In this document: positions 1-6,116 of the stretch, in pieces
Numbering within the stretch: position 1 is the first letter of the stretch
Layout of the letters: each line of letters starts with the position of its first letter
Source of the DNA: an uncultured Erysipelotrichaceae bacterium
GTDB lineage: Bacteria; Bacillota_I; Bacilli_A; Erysipelotrichales; Erysipelotrichaceae
Assembly: GCA_964457525.1 (NCBI GenBank)
Contig: CAYWGS010000061.1
Span: forward strand, 1-8,719
Length of the DNA: 8,719 nt
Direction of reading: 5' to 3'
The notes under the pieces: generated by a model
What the model was told of the DNA's origin: nothing
Seen by the model: the letters and a program-made list of their open reading frames with translations, nothing else
Databases searched by the model: none
Program-made: the position numbers and the translations under genes

Positions 1-13
1 CTTCTTCATTCAT
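1..13 (-). CDS. 5' end of a divergently transcribed gene that runs off the left edge (product unknown)
   Basis: The reverse complement of 1-21 reads GGAGGAcaATGAATGAAGAAG. That is a strong SD (16-21) followed by ATG at 13..11, with a second in-frame ATG at 10..8. Only about 4 codons are visible, so no product call is possible. Confidence 0.35.
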
Positions 14-43
14 TGTCCTCCTGTAATATTTAATTACAGTTAA

Positions 44-73
44 ATTTTAACATAGGAATGACCTAGTACTCAA
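44..73 (-). promoter_or_regulatory. Putative sigma-A promoter for the left-edge minus-strand gene
   Basis: The minus strand reads TTGAGT (73..68), an 18-nt spacer, then TGtTAAAAT (52..44), an extended -10. It lies upstream of the GGAGGA SD at 21..16. Confidence 0.35.
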
Positions 74-117
74 TTATTATTAAAATTGTCTGTTAAGTTT
101 TTTTAACACAATTTTAG

Positions 118-123
118 TATAAT
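118..123 (+). promoter_or_regulatory. Consensus -10 box (TATAAT) immediately upstream of the 5'-nucleotidase-like gene
   Basis: TATAAT lies at 118-123. Exactly 6 nt (124-129) separate it from the A of the ATG at 130. No good -35 is present (best is TTAAGT at 93-98 with a 19-nt spacer), and there is no SD. Confidence 0.4.
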
Positions 124-129
124 GAAACC

Positions 130-1641
130 ATGAAAAAAATTAAGATATTATCTACAAGCGATATTCATGGAACCCTATCCACCTATTCCTACATTAATCA
201 AAGTATTAAACCACAAGGCTTATCACGCTATTCAAATGTTGTAAAAAAGAATCGTGAACGATATGAGTGCATTGTTGTTGATAATGGAGATAGTCTACAA
301 GGTAGTCCTCTTTTAACTTATGCACATCGTGTTAAAGTTAAACCACATCCACTCGCACTAGTATTCAACAATATAAAACTTGATTACTTCAATTTAGGGA
401 ATCATGATTTTAATTATGGTGAAGAAATTCTACTCAATTATATTCAAGATCTTAACGCTAAGTGTTTAACATCCAATGTACTCTATAAAGATAAACCTAT
501 TGGCCAAACACAGATTCACATGAGTAACGATGGGTATAAGATTGCCCTAATTGGTTTATGCACCGACTATATTCCACATTGGGAGAAACCAGAACACATC
601 AAGAATTTTACCTTCCTCTCTCCTGTAGAAACACTTAAAAATGAACTCAAGAATCTACCAAAAGTCGAATATACGATTGTTTATTATCATGGTGGATTTG
701 AAAGAGATTTAGAGACGTGTAAACCGACTGAAGTCTTAACCGGCGAAAATGTGGGTTATGAATTAAGTTTAATCCCTGGAATCGATTGTTTAATCACAGG
801 CCACCAACATCGTTCTATTGCCTCAACACTTAATTCAATTCCTGTTATGCAATGTGCTCTAAATGCGACAGAATATATGGAATGTGAAATAGAACTACCC
901 TCTAAATCAACACAGATTAAGTTAGTATCAATGTCAGAAACTGAATTTGATCCACACATTGAAGAAATAATAAAACCCTATGATGATAAAACACAAATAT
1001 GGTTAGATCAAAAACTAGGAAGAATCGAAGGTTATGATCTTACAATACATGATCCATTTGATGCACGTTTAAATAAACATCCTTATGTAAGCTTTATTAA
1101 CTTCATTCAAAAAGAAGTAACTCAAGCAGATATTTGTGGAACTGCCCTATTCAATCAAGCACTCGGTTTAAAGTCTGAAATTAGTTATCGTGACCTAGTC
1201 AATAACTATGTTTATCCCAACAGTTTAGTAGTAAAGGAAATGGATGGTAAAACACTTCGTCTATACTTAGAACAATGTGCAGACTACTTTACGATCAAAG
1301 ATGGAAAAATATCGGTTAATCCGATGTTTGATGAACCCAAACCACAACACTTTAATTATGATATGTTGGACGGAGTTGACTACACACTCAAAATTTCAAA
1401 CCCTGTTGGTCAACGTGTTACATCCTTAACTTTTAATGGAAAAGAAGTTGAAGATAATCAAGTATTCACGGTTGCGATGAACAATTATCGTGCAAGTGGT
1501 GGTGGTAACTTCCATATGATTCCGCCTTGTAAAACACTCCTAGAAATACAACGCGATATGACGGATATATTAGCTGAATATATCTTAGATAAAAAAATCG
1601 TGACAATGACTCATCACGATAATATAAAGGTTATTCTTTAA
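130..1641 (+). CDS. Bifunctional metallophosphoesterase/5'-nucleotidase family protein (N-terminal calcineurin-like phosphoesterase domain plus 5'-nucleotidase C-terminal substrate-binding domain), cytoplasmic form
   Basis: 503-aa ORF. All metallophosphatase metal-ligand motifs appear in canonical order: SDIHG, DNGDSLQG, GNHDFNYG, YYHGG, GHQH. The C-terminal half carries the 5'-nucleotidase-type NNYRASGGGNF motif. There is no signal peptide, lipobox or sorting signal. Confidence 0.85.
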   Translation: MKKIKILSTSDIHGTLSTYSYINQSIKPQGLSRYSNVVKKNRERYECIVVDNGDSLQGSPLLTYAHRVKVKPHPLALVFNNIKLDYFNLGNHDFNYGEEILLNYIQDLNAKCLTSNVLYKDKPIGQTQIHMSNDGYKIALIGLCTDYIPHWEKPEHIKNFTFLSPVETLKNELKNLPKVEYTIVYYHGGFERDLETCKPTEVLTGENVGYELSLIPGIDCLITGHQHRSIASTLNSIPVMQCALNATEYMECEIELPSKSTQIKLVSMSETEFDPHIEEIIKPYDDKTQIWLDQKLGRIEGYDLTIHDPFDARLNKHPYVSFINFIQKEVTQADICGTALFNQALGLKSEISYRDLVNNYVYPNSLVVKEMDGKTLRLYLEQCADYFTIKDGKISVNPMFDEPKPQHFNYDMLDGVDYTLKISNPVGQRVTSLTFNGKEVEDNQVFTVAMNNYRASGGGNFHMIPPCKTLLEIQRDMTDILAEYILDKKIVTMTHHDNIKVIL

Positions 1642-2666
1642 TTAAAAATACTATGTAAATAATCATACGCTGGTTTAAATGAATCATACACTTCGTTATT
1701 TGACTCAACTAAACCCTTCACATCCATTGCCTCAAGTAATGGATTTTTTGTTTCTGATTGAGTCATATTAATTAAACTCTTTTGAATCGCTTTAACTAAA
1801 CCTTCACCCATCTTCTCATTGAGCGTAGAATAAACAACTGGATCATGTAAGATTGGACTGGATAATGCGATTAACTTCACATCATTATAGATAGAAGTGC
1901 TTTGATTAAATCCCCCATTCTCCTTCGACTGTGTCCAAACTTTTGCATATTCATCACGAATTGTATCTGGACCAACAACAATATCACATGTTTGATTTGC
2001 GAGTTTCTCCATCATTTCTGGATACCCCTTCACAACTCGTTCATGACTAAATAATTCAGAAATTCTTCGTGAATAATTATCAATTAACCATAAACTTGGA
2101 TAGATATAGCCTTCTTGTGACGTCACAACAATATGGCACCATTTTGCCGTATTAAGATCAATCCAACTTAATTTCTCACCTTGTTTAATCTTAGTATACA
2201 GTTCTTGGCCTTTAGGAGAAGCACCTGTATAAATTCCTGCATAATGATGATCTAGTAAATCTTTGCTTGCATCAAGTTGTGCCTTATCATTCCAATTATC
2301 TAAATTATCAGTAGACAGATTATACGTTGACTTTAGTTCGGTTAGTAAAACTTCTAAATTATTCTCACGATGCTCAAAATAACTTAGTTTAGTTAAGAAA
2401 CCAAAATCAGATACTTTCGTCAATAACATCTCTGTTGCTTGATCATTCGTAGACGCAAGTTGAACATTGATTTGACTAACATCATAGCCATTATTAAGTA
2501 ATTCTGTTTTTAGTTGAGTTAAAAATTCATTCTTATGTTCAAAGAACGTTTCTTCACTGATGTTCGGTGAGAAGACCAAATTTAATGTTTCTACTTTAGT
2601 AGGTAATATAACCTGACATCCTTGTAATGTAAGTATCGTGACTAAAAGTATAATAATTTTTTTCAT
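1638..2666 (-). CDS. PhnD-like (phosphate/phosphonate-type) ABC transporter substrate-binding lipoprotein, orphan
   Basis: 342-aa ORF. The N-terminus MKKIIILLVTILTLQGC is a lipoprotein signal with an L-Q-G-C lipobox. Collinear resemblance to the PhnD-type periplasmic binding fold: LNLVFSPN near the N-terminus, a TSQEGYIYP segment matching the family's S-x-S-G-Y-x-x-P region, and VKLIALSSPILHDPVV matching the family's I-W-x-S-x-P-I-P-x-D-P region. The ligand cannot be inferred. Confidence 0.6.
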   Translation of the reverse strand: MKKIIILLVTILTLQGCQVILPTKVETLNLVFSPNISEETFFEHKNEFLTQLKTELLNNGYDVSQINVQLASTNDQATEMLLTKVSDFGFLTKLSYFEHRENNLEVLLTELKSTYNLSTDNLDNWNDKAQLDASKDLLDHHYAGIYTGASPKGQELYTKIKQGEKLSWIDLNTAKWCHIVVTSQEGYIYPSLWLIDNYSRRISELFSHERVVKGYPEMMEKLANQTCDIVVGPDTIRDEYAKVWTQSKENGGFNQSTSIYNDVKLIALSSPILHDPVVYSTLNEKMGEGLVKAIQKSLINMTQSETKNPLLEAMDVKGLVESNNEVYDSFKPAYDYLHSIFN

Positions 2667-2673
2667 TGCCTAG

Positions 2674-2682
2674 ATTTTACCA
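2674..2682 (-). promoter_or_regulatory. Extended -10 element (TGgTAAAAT) immediately upstream of the lipoprotein gene
   Basis: The minus strand reads TATGGTAAAATCTAGGCAATG. The hexamer TAAAAT occupies 2679..2674 with TG at 2682..2681. Seven nt separate the hexamer from the ATG at 2666. There is no usable SD (AGG lies only 2 nt from the ATG). Confidence 0.35.
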
Positions 2683-2687
2683 TAAAC

Positions 2688-2713
2688 AAAAAATCGTATC
2701 ACTACGATTTTTT
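2688..2713 (-). terminator. Rho-independent terminator downstream of the PTS EIIB gene
   Basis: Stem ATCGTA (2693-2698), loop TCAC, stem TACGAT (2703-2708). Flanking A5 and T5 runs can extend the stem to about 11 bp. On the minus strand the hairpin is followed by TTTTTGTTT. It begins within the stop codon of the 2712-3011 gene. Confidence 0.6.
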
Positions 2714-3011
2714 ATTCATCCTTAAGTACTTTACGCGCTTGAGCTAATATTTTAACACCATTCATTGAACCATAAGCAGCCTCATCTATGACTTCAACAG
2801 GACAGTTTAGTTCATTTTGTAATTCTTTTAATTGGTAGCGCACTTGTGGACCAATTAACACAACATCCGCATCCTTAGCATATTGAGGATTAGCTGTTGT
2901 ATAGGCTTCAACCTTACATTCATAATTTTCTGCAAGAGCCGCATCTCTAATTTTTAATACGAGTAAGCTACTGGACATTCCAGCACCACAAAATAAGACA
3001 ATTTTTTTCAT
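2712..3011 (-). CDS. PTS system EIIB component, lactose/cellobiose (lichenan/chitobiose) family
   Basis: 99-aa ORF beginning MKKIVLFCGAGMSSSLLV. This contains the family's phosphorylatable Cys in the C-x-x-G-M-S-[TS]-S loop. LIGPQVRY and YGSMNG also match the CelA/LicB/ChbB type. SD GAGGT (plus strand ACCTC at 3016-3020). Confidence 0.88.
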   Translation of the reverse strand: MKKIVLFCGAGMSSSLLVLKIRDAALAENYECKVEAYTTANPQYAKDADVVLIGPQVRYQLKELQNELNCPVEVIDEAAYGSMNGVKILAQARKVLKDE

Positions 3012-3032
3012 GTTTACCTCATTTCAACCATC

Positions 3033-3061
3033 ATTATGCCATAAGTCGAATACAGTTTCAA
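3033..3061 (-). promoter_or_regulatory. Sigma-A type promoter for the PTS EIIB gene
   Basis: The minus strand reads TTGAAA (3061..3056), a 17-nt spacer, then TGgCATAAT (-10 hexamer 3038..3033 with an upstream TG). Confidence 0.55.
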
Positions 3062-3100
3062 TTGTACGCTTGCTTTCTATACATTTACACTAAAACGCCT

Positions 3101-3106
3101 TATAAT
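3101..3106 (+). promoter_or_regulatory. -10 box (TATAAT) upstream of lemA
   Basis: TATAAT at 3101-3106, about 36 nt upstream of the lemA ATG. There is no convincing -35 at a 16-18 nt spacing. SD GGAGA at 3131-3135 lies 6 nt before the ATG at 3142. Confidence 0.4.
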
Positions 3107-3141
3107 GTGGGTAAGCTTAAAAAAGTAAAAGGAGAATAAAA

Positions 3142-3699
3142 ATGGAATATATCGGCTATATTTTACTCGGATTAGTTGTCGTTATCGCACTCTATGCAGT
3201 CGGTGGATACAACTCTCTCGTCTCTCTACGCAACCAAGTTGAAGAAGCATTCTCTACAATGGATGTCTATTTGACCAAACGTTATGATTTAATTCCTAAC
3301 TTAGTTGAAACCGTAAAAGGATACGCTAAGCACGAAAAGGAAACGCTTGAAGCTGTGATTTCTGCTCGTAATAAAGCAGTTAATGCGACAACCATGGAAG
3401 GCAAAATTGAAGCAGAAAATGCAATGTCTGGTGTTATTGGTCGTTTATTCGCATTAGCAGAATCATATCCAGATCTTAAAGCAAATACAAACTTCTTAGA
3501 TTTACAAAATCAACTAAAGAGTATTGAAGATGATATTGCAAATGCACGTAAGTATTTTAATGGAGTGACTCGTCAATACAACACAAAAATTGAAGTATTC
3601 CCAATGAATCTCTTAGCAGGTATCTTTGGATTTACGAAGAAACCACTCTTTGTGGTAGCGGATGAGCAACAACGTCAAAACGTTAAAGTATCATTCTAA
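3142..3699 (+). CDS. lemA: LemA family protein (single N-terminal TM anchor plus helical soluble domain)
   Basis: 185-aa ORF. N-terminal TM segment IGYILLGLVVVIALYAVGGY is followed by the characteristic LemA stretch YNSLVSLRNQVEEAFSTMDVYLTKRYDLIPNLVETVKGYAKHEKETLEAV and later ARKYFNGVTRQYNTKIEVFPMNL. Strong SD. Confidence 0.9.
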   Translation: MEYIGYILLGLVVVIALYAVGGYNSLVSLRNQVEEAFSTMDVYLTKRYDLIPNLVETVKGYAKHEKETLEAVISARNKAVNATTMEGKIEAENAMSGVIGRLFALAESYPDLKANTNFLDLQNQLKSIEDDIANARKYFNGVTRQYNTKIEVFPMNLLAGIFGFTKKPLFVVADEQQRQNVKVSF

Positions 3700-3721
3700 A
3701 AAGGGGTTCTCCCCTTTTTTT
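3698..3721 (+). terminator. Hairpin plus T-tract between lemA and the DUF2207 gene (intra-operon terminator/attenuator candidate)
   Basis: AAAAAGGGG (3698-3706), loop TTCT, CCCCTTTTT (3711-3719), with the T-run continuing to 3721. It overlaps the lemA stop (3697-3699) and abuts the downstream SD GGAGGA (3722-3727). Confidence 0.55.
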
Positions 3722-3730
3722 GGAGGATGT

Positions 3731-5605
3731 ATGAAAAAATTCTTATTATTTAGTTTTGCACTACTTCTACTGAGTTTTACTCAAGTCGCTGCCTATGATC
3801 CTGTTGAAATAAACAATTTTGATATCAAGATGGTTATCGATGAGAATGGACTTATTAAAGTAGATCAAACATTAGATGTTCAATTTAATGAAGACCGACA
3901 TGGTATCTATGCTTATATTCCTCAAACCTATGATATGGTTTGGACCATTGAAGGAGAAGAACTTGAACGTTCTTATTACTTCCCTGTACGCAAAGTTCAA
4001 GTATATGGGGATGAGTACGAAACAGAAACCGATGGTTATGATAATGTCATCTTGAAGATTGGGGATGGGGATCGTTATGTTTTCGGACAAAAGATCTATC
4101 GATATTCGTACACGATTCAACTTCGTGATCTTGAGTTAAATGGTCTTCAAGCCTTCTATTTCAATCTTGTTGGGGATGGTTGGCAACTTCCGATAAAGAA
4201 TGTTAACTTCTCCATCACAATGCCAAAAGAATGGCCTTCAGATATTAAATTCTATAGTGGTTTATATGGAAGTGATGAACAACTCAATATTGATTACTCG
4301 ATTAATGGTAATACATTAACTGGTTCATTCAATCAAGGGTTATTAACGTATCAAGCCCTTACCATTTATGCACCATTACCAAATGATTACTTTACGTTCA
4401 TTCCACCTACTGATTTTAGTTTATTGATCTTAGGTTTCAGTGGTGTGTTGGTTGTTATAGCGTCTTTATTATTTTTAAAGTTCGGTAAAGATAAACTCGT
4501 CGTAGAAACGGTTGAGTTTAACCCTATTCCAGGTTTAAGTAGTGCACAAGTTGGCTTTGTCTATGATGGTATGGTAGATACAAAGGATATTCTATCTCTC
4601 ATTATTGAGTGGGGATATAAAGGATATTTAAGTATTGCAGAAGATGGTTCTAAAGATTTTACTTTAACGAAGTTAAAAGAGATCGATATGAGTGAAATCA
4701 AAGCAGAACAAACCCTCTTTAATCAATTATTTAAGTCAGGTGATATCGTAACTAACAGTGATCTTAAGAATACATTCTATATCTCAATGCAGAATGCGAA
4801 GAATGATGTATATCGTTATTTCCAGGGAAATCCTAAACGTCGTATCTATTCCAATACTGCCACAACTCTAAAGGTAATATTTGGTATGATTGGGCTTCTT
4901 CCACTCTCACTCTTATTTGCCAACTACTTCTATATTCAAACATATCGAGGTGGACTCGCATTTGTCATAGCTGGTGTTGTCTTTGTGTTTGGTTCATTGC
5001 TCAGTGCTTGGTTTATCTATGCGATTAAGCGTTGGCCATCACAAAAATCAATCATTCGTATGACAAATGCTGTGTTTATGTTCATCGCAATCATGCTCTT
5101 TGTGTTTGGTAGTTTTGCGGGATCATGGGCATTAGAAATTCCAACTTGGCAATATGTTTTAGTTCTAATACTTACCTTTATCCTCGTTGGACTCGTATCT
5201 GTTATGGATAAACGAACGGATTTAGGTATTGAATACTTAGGCAAGATTATTGGATTAAAACGCTTCATTGAAGTTGCGGAAAAAGATCGACTCGAAATGC
5301 TTGTGCATGATGATCCTACATACTTCTATAAAATATTACCGTATGCTTATGTCCTCAATGTCTCCGATGTATGGAGTAAGAAGTTTGAATCAATAGCGAT
5401 TGAACAACCATCTTGGTACTCTGGTCCTAACACTCACTTCAATACATACCTATTCATGAATTCATTTAATCGCACTCTATCCAACATGAATCAAGTCATG
5501 ACATCCATTCCACAGAAATCTGGATCGGGTGGCGGTGGCTTCGGTGGAGGCGGTGGTGGATTTAGTGGCGGTGGCTTCGGTGGCGGTGGCGGCGGAAGCT
5601 GGTAA
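3731..5605 (+). CDS. DUF2207-type polytopic membrane protein with a C-terminal Gly/Phe-rich tail (LemA partner)
   Basis: I place the start at ATG 3731 (in frame with the track ORF from 3662). It is preceded by GGAGGA at 3722-3727 and opens a classical signal peptide, MKKFLLFSFALLLLSFTQVAA|YDP. Domain order: about 205-aa beta-rich ectodomain; TM1 (aa ~229-249); about 130-aa loop opening with KFGKDK; four clustered TMs (aa ~379-492); about 100-aa C-terminal domain; then the tail SGSGGGGFGGGGGGFSGGGFGGGGGGSW. This architecture and the LemA adjacency match my recollection of the DUF2207 family. Confidence 0.8.
   Translation: MKKFLLFSFALLLLSFTQVAAYDPVEINNFDIKMVIDENGLIKVDQTLDVQFNEDRHGIYAYIPQTYDMVWTIEGEELERSYYFPVRKVQVYGDEYETETDGYDNVILKIGDGDRYVFGQKIYRYSYTIQLRDLELNGLQAFYFNLVGDGWQLPIKNVNFSITMPKEWPSDIKFYSGLYGSDEQLNIDYSINGNTLTGSFNQGLLTYQALTIYAPLPNDYFTFIPPTDFSLLILGFSGVLVVIASLLFLKFGKDKLVVETVEFNPIPGLSSAQVGFVYDGMVDTKDILSLIIEWGYKGYLSIAEDGSKDFTLTKLKEIDMSEIKAEQTLFNQLFKSGDIVTNSDLKNTFYISMQNAKNDVYRYFQGNPKRRIYSNTATTLKVIFGMIGLLPLSLLFANYFYIQTYRGGLAFVIAGVVFVFGSLLSAWFIYAIKRWPSQKSIIRMTNAVFMFIAIMLFVFGSFAGSWALEIPTWQYVLVLILTFILVGLVSVMDKRTDLGIEYLGKIIGLKRFIEVAEKDRLEMLVHDDPTYFYKILPYAYVLNVSDVWSKKFESIAIEQPSWYSGPNTHFNTYLFMNSFNRTLSNMNQVMTSIPQKSGSGGGGFGGGGGGFSGGGFGGGGGGSW
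5529..5583 (+). repeat. In-frame 19-nt direct repeat (GTGGCGGTGGCTTCGGTGG) with a 36-nt period inside the Gly-tail coding region
   Basis: Identical 19-mers at 5529-5547 and 5565-5583. They are embedded in a GGN-rich, G+C-rich island (5519-5602) that contrasts with the AT-rich surroundings. Confidence 0.8.
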
Positions 5606-5613
5606 CACAAAAC

Positions 5614-5643
5614 AAAACGTGATAACTTAATATCACGTTTTTT
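5614..5643. terminator. Bidirectional rho-independent terminator shared by the convergent DUF2207 gene and smpB
   Basis: Perfect 11-bp stem AAAACGTGATA (5614-5624) / TATCACGTTTT (5631-5641) with a 6-nt loop ACTTAA. The plus strand follows with a T-run to 5643. The minus strand follows with TTTTGTTTTG. It sits between the stops at 5605 and 5647. Confidence 0.8.
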
Positions 5644-5646
5644 CTT

Positions 5647-6099
5647 TTATCGATTATTCTTTAATACTTTCGCAATCTCACGTTTCGCATCACGTTCTTT
5701 TTCAGTTTGACGCTTATCATGAAGTTCTTTACCTTGTGCTAATGCGATTTCAAGTTTTGCCCTTCCATCTACTAAATTAAGGGATAAAGGGATAACAGTA
5801 AAACCTTTTAATACAGACTTACGTTGAAGTTTACGAATCTCTTCTTTATGTAAAAGCAATTTACGTTCACGTGTTTCTTCGTGATTAAATTGATTCCCTT
5901 GAACATATTGTGCAATATACATGTCACGAATAAAAGCTTCACCTTGTACAAAGTGAATATACGCATCTTTAAATTGAACAGTTCCTTTACGAATGGATTT
6001 TATTTCAGTTCCAGTAAGAACCAACCCTGCTTCAAATTTCTCGATGATAAAGTATTCATGATACGCTTTTCGATTTACAGACACAACTTTTGACGACAT
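5647..6099 (-). CDS. smpB: SsrA-binding protein SmpB (trans-translation)
   Basis: 150-aa ORF beginning NRKAYHEYFIIEKFEAGLVLTGTEIKSIR, with RERKLLLHK and a basic C-terminal tail, all typical of SmpB. SD GAGGT upstream. Only 17 nt separate it from the rnr stop. Confidence 0.95.
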   Translation of the reverse strand: MSSKVVSVNRKAYHEYFIIEKFEAGLVLTGTEIKSIRKGTVQFKDAYIHFVQGEAFIRDMYIAQYVQGNQFNHEETRERKLLLHKEEIRKLQRKSVLKGFTVIPLSLNLVDGRAKLEIALAQGKELHDKRQTEKERDAKREIAKVLKNNR

Positions 6100-6116
6100 A
6101 TTAACCTCAACCTTTT

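Noticed and set aside
756-959. 67-aa minus-strand ORF inside the 5'-nucleotidase-like gene.
   Set aside because: It is entirely antisense to a well-supported CDS, with no SD or promoter and a low-complexity Cys/Ser/Ile composition typical of shadow ORFs in AT-rich DNA.
3662-3730. The ORF track extends the DUF2207 gene upstream to ATG 3662, overlapping the lemA 3' end by 38 nt.
   Set aside because: The 23 extra residues (MSNNVKTLKYHSKKGFSPFFGGC) read through the lemA stop and the terminator hairpin, and no SD precedes 3662. ATG 3731 has a GGAGGA SD at ideal spacing and opens a textbook signal peptide.
3872-4120. 82-aa minus-strand ORF inside the DUF2207 gene.
   Set aside because: It is an antisense shadow ORF with no translation signals and no recognisable motifs.
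5017-5268. 83-aa minus-strand ORF inside the DUF2207 TM-bundle region.
   Set aside because: It is an antisense shadow ORF with no SD or promoter. The sense frame encodes coherent TM helices.
5521-5602. G-run-rich stretch considered as a G-quadruplex, CRISPR-like or other non-coding repeat element.
   Set aside because: It is fully explained as GGN glycine codons in frame with the DUF2207 CDS. The runs are mostly GG doublets, there are only two repeat units and no spacer/repeat architecture.
5606-5646. Looked for ssrA (tmRNA) or a tRNA downstream of smpB.
   Set aside because: Only a 41-nt gap is present, and it is occupied by a terminator hairpin. There is no acceptor-stem or CCA-like end, no T-arm motif and no tag ORF.
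5881-6093. 70-aa plus-strand ORF antisense to smpB.
   Set aside because: It is nested in the highly conserved smpB frame, is Phe/Asn/Ile-rich as expected for a reverse-frame artefact, and has no SD.
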